Shown one piece after another: positions 11,856 to 24,449 of a stretch of DNA of 64,000 bases (positions are counted from its first letter, which is position 1; the number at the start of each line of letters is the position of its first letter). The DNA comes from Camelus dromedarius (lineage: Eukaryota). The DNA is taken from positions 35,342,001 through 35,406,000 of the forward strand of contig NC_087436.1 in the NCBI RefSeq assembly GCF_036321535.1. The letters run 5' to 3'. The position numbers and the translations under genes were made by a program. Under the pieces are notes generated by a model, which was not told the DNA's origin, did not search any database, and worked only from the letters and a program-made list of their open reading frames with translations.

Positions 11856-13419
11856 ACACACCTCAAATATATATGGCTTCCCATAAGAGTGAGCGAAAAC
11901 ATGTACAGTAACAGGAGGGTGGGTGACTAGATGCCTGATCTGGTCTGAAAAGGTCTCTCAAGAAAGGAAATTCAGGCTAAGGTTTGAAAGATCTATAAAA
12001 GGTGACTGGAATGAGTTGGGGAGAGGGGATGAATATTTATATCAGTGGCAATTTCACATCTATTTCTATGATTTGTTATTGTTTGAAGGCTGAGATCACA
12101 TCTGTTTTTAACACCATTAAATTCCTGGTGCCTATCAAAGTGACAGGAAAATGCTTTAGGTAGTAAAAAACTTTAAGACAACAAGATTACATTTTGGATA
12201 CCTAAGCAAAGAGTAAAATTTTAGATTTACATGAACATCACAATATTTTAGAATCATACTTCATTAATGTTTGAAACCATTATGTTTAAGACATATGACA
12301 TGTGTTTCTGGGACTGATAACGGAAATGAGGAAATTTGGGTTCTAGGACTAATGCAGCCATTGCTCATCAGTTAAACATTCTTGGTCTCAGTTTCCTTAC
12401 AGAAAGTGAGAAAGTCTGTGAACATGGCATCTAAATTTTTTTCCAACATTCTAACATTATGTGATGCTGATTCTGAGATTTAAAAATAAGCAGAAAATCT
12501 TAGCATAGGTATAAGCTCCAGTCAGAAGTGAGCACATCATACATTTGCTTATCTTAATTTGTTTTATATTTATAATGTGTCTTCAATTTAAGTAGCCAGA
12601 GAATATAATTATACATAAAGATCAAATTGCTCAAAATGTTAAATATAGACTTTTTTCAAAACCTAGACAAAATAAAAAATAAAGCATAGAATAAGCATAC
12701 AATATGTAAACAATAGAATGAAATAAAATTAAATAGCAATTCTCTCAGCAGCTAATAGATTAACTCCCCTAAATTTGTGAACTACTTAGATGCCTCACAT
12801 TCAGAAACAGGCTGAATTTCAACAGATTTTAACACATGGGACCTGCTAATGAAGCATCTGGAAAAATCCTAAAATCAAAACACGCACTTCAGCAGGACAA
12901 TTTCAAAAGAGTATAACCCAGAGGCTATGTCCCCCAAGCTGAGTGTGGCAGGAAATAGTTGGGCCCCCGCACGTCAGGGCAAAATTTCTGCAGCACTTCT
13001 CAATAGGACATTTAAAAAGAGAAAAGCAAATAGGCAACACAGCAGTAGGTATTTTTTTTAATACATTTCAGATTTTACTCAAACAAAAACAACATGTGGG
13101 GTTCTGAAGTAATTCTCTAATGAATCAAATAAGAGATTTTGAACCTCTTGATACCCAAAGTAATGGGTTTTATTCTCATGAGTCTGTGAGACTTCTGGGG
13201 TAAGCTCTAGTTTATTAAGGAATGTACCTGACTTAGGGCATCAGAAAAGCAGAGTTCAAGGTCAGCTATATCATGTGACCTTAGTTTCTCAATCTGACAT
13301 GTAAATAGAAATAGGTGGTAAAAGAACAGACTCTGGAGGCTGCTTGGCTTTTAATCCCAACTCTCCCTGAGAAAAAAATGTATTCAATAATTTTGCATTT
13401 GATAAATGAAGTGTCATGT

Positions 13420-15725
13420 ATTTTGTAGCCTAGCCACTAAAGAATAAAAAGTTATAAATTCCAACTAGAGGATAGAAAAAATGCTGTAACAAGAAATAAC
13501 ACTATCACAAAAGCAAGCAGAAAAAAATAAGAAAAAGCAATCTACAACAGGTTGTATAAGTAGCACAAAAAAGATGGTAAAATATAGTATCAGTAATTAT
13601 ATTAAATATAAATGAGCCATATGCTATAATTAAAAGGCAAAGACAAGATAAATTAAAATGCAAAAATCAAATAAACACCTTTAATTAATGATGCATATTA
13701 AGAATAGGGATGCATAAAGAATAAAAATTTCAAAGTTTGAAATAGATATACCTTGTAAATATTAATCCCCCTCAAAAATGAGACTATACAGCAATATTAG
13801 GGAGAGAAAAAAGATGTCACAGCAAAAAATCATTACTGTATTTCAACAGGGTCACTTCAAAATGAGAAAAGATGTCTATTACAGATCACCAAGAGGTTAT
13901 AAAAAGTTTTTTGAGGTTAGAAAATTTTGAACTTTACTGTATGTAATAAAAACAAATATTGATAAAACTAGAAGAATAAAAATACAAATCAAAAGTCAGA
14001 GTAGGAGATTTAACAAGCTTTTCCTTATAAGGATATAATAAAAAGAAAAAATGATATAGAAAAATCAAATAGCTTTTTTAAAAATTTTATCTAGTAGATT
14101 TTTATAGAATATTCCATTCAACAACCTTAGAATACATGTTCTTTTGCAATATGCACACTTATAAAAACTGACCATATCCTGAGTTAGAAAGTATGTTCAA
14201 CAAATTTCGAAGAATTTAAATTACACAAGCCATTTTCTATGATTAGAATTTAGAAATCAATGAAAACAAATAAACAAACCTAGACATATTCCTAATGTTG
14301 GAAATTAGGAAATGCATTTCCTTTTTAACTCGTCCTAAAATGTGTATTAAAATTAGAAAAATTTTGAACTGAAATACTAGCCAGCCTAAGGGATGTACCC
14401 AAAGCAGGACTTAAAGAAAAACTGATAGCTTACTATATATTTAAAAAAAAAACAATAGAATGAAAATTATTAAAATAATTATCCATCTCAGTGAGGTAGA
14501 AAAGGCCAGTGTAACAAATGCAAATAAATAAATAAGAAGGAAAAATAATAAAGAAGTAAAAAGCAAAGCTAATGAAATAGAAAATAAGCATGCTCTAGAA
14601 AGGGTCAACAAAGCCAAAAGTTGATTTTTAAAAATAAGTTATAAAATTGACAAACTTCTGATAAAATTGATCAAGTGAAACAGAGAAGGCACAAAACAAT
14701 AATAGTAATGTAAAAATGAACATCATTATTATTGATGTACACATTAAAGAGATGAGATGATATTATGAATAAATTCATGTCCAAAAAAGTGGAAAATTTC
14801 AACAAAATAAACTAAACCCTAAAAAATATATATAACTTACCAAATGGACTCATGAAGAAACAAAAAACCAGAATGTCCATTTTAAAAATTGGATAACAGT
14901 CACAAATCTTCCCATAAATTAAATTCCAGGTCCAGCTGGGTTCAACAGCAAGTTTTACCAAACATACAAGGATCAGCTAATTCCAATATTACACAAATAC
15001 TTCCAGAGAACAGAAACAGAAGGATATTCCCCAAATTATTTTATTTAACAAATCTGAAAAGGAAGTTAGGAGAAAATTACTAGCCATCTCATTCAGGAAC
15101 ATTGATGCAAAATACTGAACAAACAAAGTAAAAAAAAAATAGTAGAAAAATTTATTAAAACAATAATTAGCAACTTGGGTTTATCCCAGGAATGCTAAGT
15201 TGTTGGAACATTAAAAAATCAATTAGTATAATTCACCATATCAATATATTAATCACCTCAATAAAAGCAGGAAATATATTTGATAATACGTAACATCCAC
15301 TTTTAGAAAATTTCTTAGTATAATAAATGCTATTTATCTGACACCTAAAGGTAATATATTCTAATTAAGAAAAAAGTGAAGTATTCCTTTGTGATCAGTA
15401 GAGTGACTGAAGTATACATGTACATTTTATTCAACTTTTTGTATATTTCCTAATAAATGGTGAAAATGGCAGCCACAGCTGCATGAAAATATTTGCAAGG
15501 ACTAGAACAGATAAATGAAAATTAACTAGAGTATATAAAGAGCTCTTCAAGTGAGTAGGAACAGATAATAGAGAAATAGGTTAAGAATATAAACAGGCAA
15601 TTAACAAAATAGGTAGACTGAGTGGTTAATAAAAACACCTAAACATTTTTAACTTCACTAATAATCAAAGACATTCCAATTAATTAACAACATAGCATTT
15701 TACCTCTATCAAATGGGAAAAAAAA
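13420..15725 (+). mobile_element. Highly decayed old L1 (L1ME/L1MC-type), ORF2 region with internal deletions
   Basis: A-rich sense strand with L1 ORF2 relics: 'gtaggagatttaacaag', 'aaaactgaccatatcctgag', 'tcaacaaagccaaaagttgatttt', 'aacattgatgcaaaatactgaac', 'gggtttatcccaggaatgc', 'cttcactaataatcaaag'. No open frame. Confidence 0.85.
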
Positions 15726-15929
15726 TTGTAAATATTTTACTTTCTAAATTAAAAAAATAATGTGTAAAAAAATGTGATCTATAACAAACAGGGAAAAAGG
15801 TTAATATACTTTGAATCTTAAAGAGGACTGTGGATGCTTTTATATTTTGCCTTGTTTTCTGGGTTTGAAATGATTCTTAGTCAAAATTTTTAAACTATTT
15901 TAATATAATTTTACAAAACACTTTGTATT

Positions 15930-16095
15930 AGGATTCAGAGACTTAACCTTGAATCTATGTTCACTAGCTGTGTAAACTTTCTAAACCTTAAACACTTTCT
16001 AAACATCACACAATTTCTAAGCCTCCATTTTTTCACTTTTTGAATAGGAAGCATATTATCTATTTTATATGATTATTTGTAAGTATTAAAAGGAA
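15930..16095 (+). mobile_element. MIR fragment
   Basis: 'ggattcagagact...cactagctgtgt...tctaagcctccatttttt...attatctattttatatgattatttgtaagtattaaa'. Confidence 0.5.
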
Positions 16096-16319
16096 ATTTT
16101 TAAAAAGGAAGTTAAAAGTGGTAGGCTCAGAGAATAACGTCTGTCCAAAAGTGGCCTTCTACAAATGTTGTCATTTATGTTCTATAAGAAATTAAATTAT
16201 TGAGGGCAGATTATTTTGCATATTACCTCAACTTTCAGCATCTCATTTCTTCATCCATAAGACAAAGTGATACTTTATACACCTGCACGAAGCAGCTGTG
16301 GGAAGCTAATATGAGAATT

Positions 16320-16828
16320 TCCTTGGCTGCCCATGTCACTTAGAGCCAGGGAGGTAGGTCCTCACAGTGCTTGACAAGGCCCTTCCTGAGCTGCCCTCTC
16401 CTTCACAACCCTCCCTGTTACTTACCTCTCCAACCTCCTCTCTCCTCAGTGGGCCCCATCAGTCACAAGGGCCTTCTTGCTGCCCTTTGAACTTGCCAGG
16501 CAAGCTCCTGCTTAAAACCTTTGCATTGCTGTTTCCTCTGTTTAGAACACTCTCCCCTATTAAAATTGTAACACTGCTCACCCAGCAATAAACTATTGAT
16601 TCTCTTTCCTGCTCTACTCATTCTTTTCCCATAGCATAGATCACCCTCTAGAAGCCCACACAGTTAACAATTGATAAAGTTTGTTGTTTATGGCCAATCT
16701 CTCCTTGCTACCAAATCAACCCAACAAGGACTGAGGCCTCTGCTTTTCCAATGATGTACCCCATGTGCCTAGAACAGTTCCTAGCACATGGTAGGAACTT
16801 GATAAATATTTGTTGAATGAATGAATGT
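16320..16828 (+). mobile_element. L2 (L2a-like) 3' end
   Basis: 'cctttgcattgctgtttcctctgtttagaac' and the canonical terminus 'gtgcctagaacagttcctagcacatggtaggaacttgataaatatttgttgaatgaatgaatg'. Confidence 0.88.
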
Positions 16829-18694
16829 GTGGGAAAAGCCCAACCTCTGGGAAAAAAACACAACCTTAGAGCTCTAAGCACGTTGAACCTTTGTTGCCCA
16901 AATAACTCTTGACTTAACTTTATGATTTACAGAATTACAGATAATTTTGGAAATATACATGCAAAATACTCACAGAAGTAATTTCTAAAAATAAACAATA
17001 TTGGTATTTATAGCCCTTTAACTCTGAATACAAAAATAAAAAACTTGTGGAAGAAGATGAACTTTTCTTAAGAAATTGTGGCATAGATCAATGAGTAGTC
17101 CTGTTTCAGAACCCCATGCTATCAAAATTGGAGGACAGTGGTTCAGGATGTGGATAACCAATGATGTTGTAAATGTGTCAGTGACAAATCCCCCAAATAA
17201 GGCCCCAGCTTTCCCAGAATAATTGTTATCTGATAAGTCCTAATGAGTAGATGAGCAGTTGATGCCATCAGCATGGTATTTCCAGAACATCTCTAGATAA
17301 TCACTGTAATAAGTATGTTGGATTGGTGTCCTATAACCACCCAGCAGGAAAAACATACTCACAGATGTTTTCCAGGGTGTTGTACCTTCTTTTATTGTTC
17401 GTTTGCTTGACTAAAAACAATATATAGATATAGCTCTTTTCCATGTCAAATAACATTCTGAAATGTAAGTATAAAAAATAAATTTAAATAAGATAAGCTA
17501 TTATAATTTTAAACAAGGGTTTGAATCTCATGCCAAGTTTGGAGCAGCGGGGACAAAGCTGGCAGCAACTAGTTGGTCATACCACTTGCCATGTGGAAGG
17601 GGCTGCTCAAGCACCCCAGTACACATGTGGTCACTTGGGCACTGTTCTGCTGTACCCTGCTCTCTCCGAGATCCTGCAGAAGGTCCAAGCATCTTGATCT
17701 TATTTATTCTGCTTCTAACAGCTGTGACAATTAGAGATGCCCTCATGGTTGAATCAGAACATTCTTTAGTCAACAAAGTAAACAGCGGTGCAGCACTTTG
17801 ACTAGAAAACTTTTTGGTCTGACAAGAGTGCTTTTCTAGGTTCAGGCATCTGAGAAAGGCACTGATAATACTGAATCAAGGGAAACTATAATCCAGGAAG
17901 AATTTTAGAAAGCACTAACAGGTAAATAAACATCTTTATGGGGCTCAAACCCAGGTAAGATTTTTCACCCTACACAATTCTCTGTAAACAGATTTAATCA
18001 CAGTTTTCATTAACAAGAATGAAGTATTCCACTCCACAAAGTAGGAAGATAAAAAGGAAATATAAGATGTATTCCTACCCTCCATGCATTTAGAAGCTAG
18101 TTTGAAAGAAATGACGTGAACATTTATAATTTTTAGGAGCTAACATCTGAACAATAGTTTCTAAATAAATCAGAAAAATGTTCAACAGAAAGAGACACCT
18201 AAATGGACTGGAGTGCTTGTGAAGGAGCTAGATTGGAAAGCAGGCATTCCAAAAGAAAGATATTCCTTGGTAAGGTGTGGACAAAGGGGCAGAGATGGGA
18301 TGAGTAGGCTGGGATCCGACGGATATAAAGTCTGGTGCTGAGGGATAAGAATCATGTACTCATAGCCTTACTTTAGCTCTAAGGAGTTATAGCATCCTGC
18401 CCATGGTTGTTTTGTTGATATTGTATATGCACATATATTTTAGCTGACCTTTCCCAACTGTATATTGACTTCATCTTGCCTATCTCCAGCCAAATTATCT
18501 GATTAGCAACTTCCAGTCCCAGATTACCACCAAATCCTTTAAACCATAATTATGGGCCCAGAATAAAATATTAATGCCTTCTATTAATCATTGGCCCCAG
18601 CTTAGCACACTTATTTTTTTTCTCATAAAACAGAAAACAAATGTTTACTATAACGATGAGTTTGATCTAGCCAGCTTAATAAATGAACGGAGGG

Positions 18695-18935
18695 AAAGGA
18701 AGCCCAGTGTGGTTGTGAATAGCCGGGGCTCTGGAGCTGGATTCCTGGATTCAGAATGCTGGCTCTCCCACTTCCTGGATCTGACACTGGGCAAATCCCT
18801 GCACCTCAGTGCTCTCATCTGTAAAACGGAGATAATAATGGTTCTTCACAGTATGGTTGTGAGGATTAAATTATTTAATACTTCCAGTGCACTTTGAACA
18901 GAGCCCTGGATAAGTGGTCATGCTACTACTATTAA
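18695..18935 (+). mobile_element. MIR SINE, near full length
   Basis: 'gggctctggagctgg...ctgggcaaatccctgcacctcagtgctctcatctgtaaaacggagataataatgg...ggttgtgaggattaaat'. Confidence 0.88.
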
Positions 18936-18993
18936 TAATATTAGTTTTATTACTGAGCGAGCTTTGGAAACAGTCACATGGCTCACACACATT

Positions 18994-19007
18994 CCCCCCC
19001 CCCCCCC
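18994..19007. repeat. Poly-C homopolymer (C14)
   Basis: Directly visible. Confidence 0.95.
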
Positions 19008-19471
19008 AAATCTCATTCCATAGGAACCTTTTCAGTTTTTAAAATTTACGATGTTAGTTTTGCTTGCCAAGAGAAATTTCTGTAACATGAATCTTCAGCA
19101 CATGCCAGCCAAGAGCTGGAATTCACGGAGACCTCAGGTCACTGAAAAGTCAAAAAGCCCTCCCAAACTATGGGTGGACCATCTTATGGACTGGGACTGT
19201 GGTCATTGCCATGTAGGTTGGTCAATACGAAAGACAGACTGTTCTCAGAGGTGGTATGGATTCCTAAGACAATGAAGCAATTGGGAATTTGAAGATTTTC
19301 TTTTCACTGTTCCTAAACTTTGGGCATAAAAAAATTCTGGAAGGAACTTTTTCTGGCTGCCTAAACTGAAGGTCCAAGGACAGGTGGGGAAGATTTATTT
19401 CCAAGGCAGTTTGCCATTCAGACACATATGTCATAAGCACCTGTAGCTGCAGAGTTGTGTCCTGCAGAGGT

Positions 19472-19888
19472 TGTGGAGAGACTGCTAACTGCCCACCAAA
19501 TATCTATGCTTTTTTCTTTCCTTGTGTGCAACTGTGTTTGAGAAGCCCCCTGTCCAGTAAGAAACTACATATTCCTACACCTTTTAATTTGGGGTAGGAC
19601 CCTGAGACTCAGTTCCAGCGAGTGGAAATTGTCCAAACTGATATTTTTAAAAATTCTGCCATGAGATTCTGCACTTCCTTCTTCTCCTTCCTGCAGGCAG
19701 GATTTGAGGCTGGGAGTGACTGTGAACACCAACTGTTTCCTAAGCCCGGTCCCTACATGCTGCAGGGAGAAGATCCCATGCTGCCACTTAGATCTGATAT
19801 GAGTGAGAAATGAATTTCTATGATGTTAAGCCACAAAGAATCTGGGCTTTATTTGTTTCAGCAGCTAGCATTACATTACTAAGTATAA
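19472..19888 (+). mobile_element. MLT1J-like MaLR solo LTR
   Basis: Starts 'tgtggagagactgctaactgcccacc'. Internal 'aactacatattcc'. Ends 'gagtgagaaatgaatttctatgatgttaagccac...tttgtttcagcagctagcattac'. Confidence 0.8.
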
Positions 19889-22094
19889 ATTAGAGAGCTG
19901 CCCTTGCCCAGTCGCAATGATAGCCAAGCCACAAGGCATAACTCAACATTTGACCACAGCCTTAAAAAAACAATGGGCATGTAGATGTCTCATTGGACAG
20001 TATGATGAGAAAGTATCAGACTACTGTGAAAAGTTACCAAGAAGTTTGGTTTCACTGTCTTCCAGCGCAATTCAAAGCTACAAACCTTGTAAGAAGCTAC
20101 AAAATATTCACGAATTTCAGCATTTTTCCAGACTAATGAGGTTTAGACAAACTTTGAATAAACATCTAAATGTCTGGGTGCTTATTTAAAAGCAAAATAA
20201 ATCCCAAACCCTTTAGAGGCCTTTGTATTAATAAGGACTATTACTGTAGTGGTTGTGGGATGAAATCAGCTATAACAACAAAGCAGTAGCTATACAGTTT
20301 CTCAGTAGAGGGGGAAGCTGTTGGGTCTTCCTTGGGCCACCTTCTCTTTGTAATTACTTCTAAATCGTTACCTTATGCCAACCTTCACTACAACAGAGAC
20401 CCAATTCTGCATGACTTTTAAAAGGGACATAGAAGAGTACCTGTCAAAAACAATTATTGTGGTTGAGAGAGAGTGAATATCTGATTTTAGTAAGAAAAAT
20501 ATTTATGTAAAGGGAAAAAGACTATAAGAATTTAATAGATTTAGTGCTACAATAAAGAATGATTAAACAAGACTGATGTCTGCAAAATCTGGTAAAAACA
20601 TGTAGTCCACCTTCCTCTGTAGACCCTGTCTCTACATAAATGCTTAGTAAAAAGTCGAATCACTTGAAAGGAAGGATTTGACCGCCCTTCTGCTAAATCA
20701 GCTTTATGAGCCATTTGCTCAGCTTGTCCTGGGTCTTGTCAGGTGTGTCCTATGTTTACCATACTTGTCAGCATTTGTTCTCACCTTTCACTCAGTCGTA
20801 CCTTTTAGTGCATTGACAGCTTCCTTCATCAAATTTAATGGCCTCTTCCAGACAAAGGGATAATTGACTAATCAGATCTTCTTATTTGCAATAATCCGAA
20901 GGAACCAATTTCTTAGCAGTCCCCCAGAGAGTTAAAAGCATGTCCCAGGCCTATAAATGATGGCAATTCAGAAATCACTAGGTATTTATCACACCCATGG
21001 AGCAGAGGACTGCACCTAGGGGTGACCTTCCATTGAAAAATTCCACCTCAAGTCTTCCGTCTCTTTATCTTATGCTTACTTTTTTTTTCAACTAATGCAA
21101 AACGTTGATTTTTTTTTTGTAAGTTAATAACTGGTATTTTCATAAAAACTATCTTAAAATTTCATTAGTGCAATGTAAAAAGGCAGTGGTTTTACAGATA
21201 TTTTGCCAATGTATACCTGGAGAAACAGTTCAAACTTAAGCTCTGTGGTATTTTATTTCTAGAACACAAGAAAGTTCCAATTTCTTGACAGTGAAACATA
21301 GAGCCAGATCTCTACCACTGCATTGAGTGGCCATTTGTTGTTTCATACTCCCTAATTCTGCTAACAACCTGTCAAATGTGTGCTTGAGGAATCACACCCC
21401 TTTCCCCACTCTCCATCTATAGAATTCACATAAAATTGACACCATCCAGTTTCAAGGATAGAGCTGAGCAAAGCACTGTATCTCTCTAGTGATGAAAATT
21501 GGTTAAATCACCACTTTCCAATCTTTATCCACAGGCTGGCTACAAAAAAAAAATGATAATATTAGCATGCCACAGTAAGATAAAAAATGAAGCTACTGAC
21601 AGCCAGAGATGACTAGCCCAGGTCTCTGGCTACCCAGGTCCTGCCAGACTGCACTCTAAGGCAGAAGAGATTTGATACCTCAGCACATGTACAACTCATT
21701 CAAGGAATACCAGCCCTACTACAGTACCCAGTGTGCTTGGGCACACCAGCTGAAACTCAAGGTTAAGGGAGACATTTGCAAAACAAACCAGAACAATTCA
21801 AGATGATGATATTTGATTCCTGTTTGCGCTACAGGGAAAGCAAAGTCTCTATTTCCCTGTGAACTTGCTACGATAATGATGTGAGCCTGGCAAAGCCAGG
21901 ACTACTCCGTGGGGCCAAAAGATGGTGACCTCATGTGAATGCACTTGTGTCGCAATGAAAAGGAGACATACCTTGAAACATTTCATTTACATAAGCCAAA
22001 AAAATGCCTTTTTCACTTAAACCGATTTCTGTGCCGTACAATTGAAGTTAAAACCGATAAAGTTCTGTACGTATCATAATTATCTTTTCATCTG

Positions 22095-22225
22095 TTGTCT
22101 TCTCAGCTGGACTATAAATTTGTTGAGGAAGGAGCTATATATTAGCCAAATTTGTATGCTGAGAAAAGTGCATGGCCCTTAAGATGAGATACTCCATCAG
22201 GATACATGTTTGTTAAAATGAATGT
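22095..22225 (+). mobile_element. L2 3' end fragment
   Basis: 'ctggactataaatttgttgagg...atgtttgttaaaatgaatg'. Confidence 0.5.
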
Positions 22226-23992
22226 AAGAATGCATATTTCTGCCATCAATAGTTGGCCTGTTATAATCCATAGACTGCTGAATGGCTTTATAAGCAAGGC
22301 CTTAAGAAACTGGATGCCTTGGAATATGTGGAGGAAAAGAGAATGAGTTAAATGACTTCAGTTAAAAATTGTATTTGCCAAATTTATTTTTTGGTCATTC
22401 AAATCTGCAAATCTTTCCTTTCAAGTCAAATGGCCTTAAAGTTACAGTAAATAAACAAAAACGCTAAAACTGTTATCTTTCAATTCTATTTTCTGGTAAT
22501 TACTTATTCTATGCCCTTTCCCTAAATCATACAATCTAATTGCTTCCCTTTTTATGTTTTCCTCCCCTAAAAAAAGGAATCAGTTCTTATCTCCAAATCA
22601 TGAAAGTGATGGGCAGATGATCACAATGACCAAACAAACCAGTCCACAAGTCAAGCTGGACATATCTAATTTTTAGACCTCTCCCCTTAGCAAATCTCCA
22701 TGACTGATCTATAGTAAAATTATCTTTAAGTTTGCTTTGGCAGTTTTCAAGTTTATTCAAAGGTGAATCAGGATAAACTAGCCCTGACTTTCTTTCACAA
22801 ACACTATATTGAAGTTCAACTGGGAATTTAGGAACAGGAGTCAGACTGGAAGACTCATGGTGTTTTGAGCAAAGCAGGATGTCATTTACAATGCTCTGAA
22901 TGTGTCAATTGGATGGCAGGCTTAAAGGGAAAAGGAGAAAGATATGAGATAATTTTTCAACATTTCTCTCTACATGGAGTCCATTAGCTTAGTCCCCATA
23001 ACTTTTCTCTTAGACCTGCACCTGGTGTCCCTGAATTGTCTTAAAGTGGTCCTCACTGGAAGAGAGTTTAAAGCCCTTAGATTTTAGTAAAGAGATCTCA
23101 AGCTCTGGACTGTCATCCTATAGTCATCAGTCATTCACTTGAAAAGAGAATTCCATGCTGCGTTAGTTAATGGCTAAGAAGTCTCTGCTTCAATTACAAA
23201 GAAACATCAAGTAGAGCTTTCCCTCCTCTGCTTTCCACCCTACAAAGAACATCACTGCACTGTGAGATGACTATTAGATGGACAGTGAAGAGCTCTAACT
23301 TCGAGATCTTCCATCTCAAACTAGCTAAAAGACCTTGTTTCCATCTTTATTTTAAACTCTTTTAACCTCAGTTTATATATTCATAAAACAAGGCTGTGCC
23401 TCAGAGTCTATTTTTCTATAGTTCAGTGATTCTCTAGCACTGGGGCAAAGTGGCTGAGAACATCTGAGACCACGTTGTGTGTCATTATTTATTTCTGGAA
23501 TATTGTCAAGCCTTCTAACTGGGGTTCACTTTAATGCTATACCAGTATATCTCATATGCCAACTAACACGAGGGATATGCTCCTGTTACGGCAGGAAGTG
23601 GTGACAGAATCAAGGGGAAAGTAATCAATTTTATTAACTTATACATATGTAAGGTGCCTAATTACCAATTTATTATAGAATTTGTTTGCCAGGTCCTGGT
23701 AAAACATCTCCCAACTTCTCACTAAATTATCTTTGTATACTATGAAATTAATGGAATTAATCAAATCCTAAGACTAGCAACCAAATAGTTACCAGATTAT
23801 AAGAGGAATTTCTACTCATAAGCTTGATAGAACTCAGTTGAAAAATAATAATATGGCCCACTCAGCCCGTATGACTGAAAGTAGGTAGAAAATCTTTCAT
23901 CCTTTGAATCAGATATGCAATAGCTGGACTAAGCAAAAAATGCAGGGATGTGTCTTGCTTCTTGAGATTGCTGGAGTACTGCTGCCCCGTAC

Positions 23993-24033
23993 CACCTTGA
24001 ATATCTCCTCCTTTACATCTCTTCCATCAGAGG
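23993..24033 (-). other. Weak candidate small exon (38-41 nt)
   Basis: Minus strand: gttgctctttgggttttcag|CCTCTGATGGAAGAGATGTAAAGGAGGAGATATTCAAG(GTG)|gtacgg. Purine-rich body, but the donor is only moderate. Confidence 0.15.
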
Positions 24034-24449
24034 CTGAAAACCCAAAGAGCAACAGGATAAGAGGTTGGGCAGGGTTAGAGGAGCATGGCACGTTGACACT
24101 GATGTGCAGATCTTGTCATTAGAGAGCTATCCAGAGGAACAGATTAAAGAAGAGTTTGGTAACATGACTGTGCTTTTTTAACACTAACTTTGTGCAGAGT
24201 TAGAAAGTACAGCAGTGAGGGTACCAGAAGCCCCTATCTATCTGGCAACCATTGTTATGCAATAAGTATGGGTAACTGAACTTGTAGCATATCATCCATC
24301 TGTGCTTTGTAGAAGATAACACAAGCAGGACTCAAAAGAAACGTGAACGGGGCCAAGAACAGAGCTTACTCTTTGATGACAAATTAAGACTGGTGTATAT
24401 TATTTGTGAAAGAATAAAAATAAAATATGTACATGAGGAAAATGGAAAA

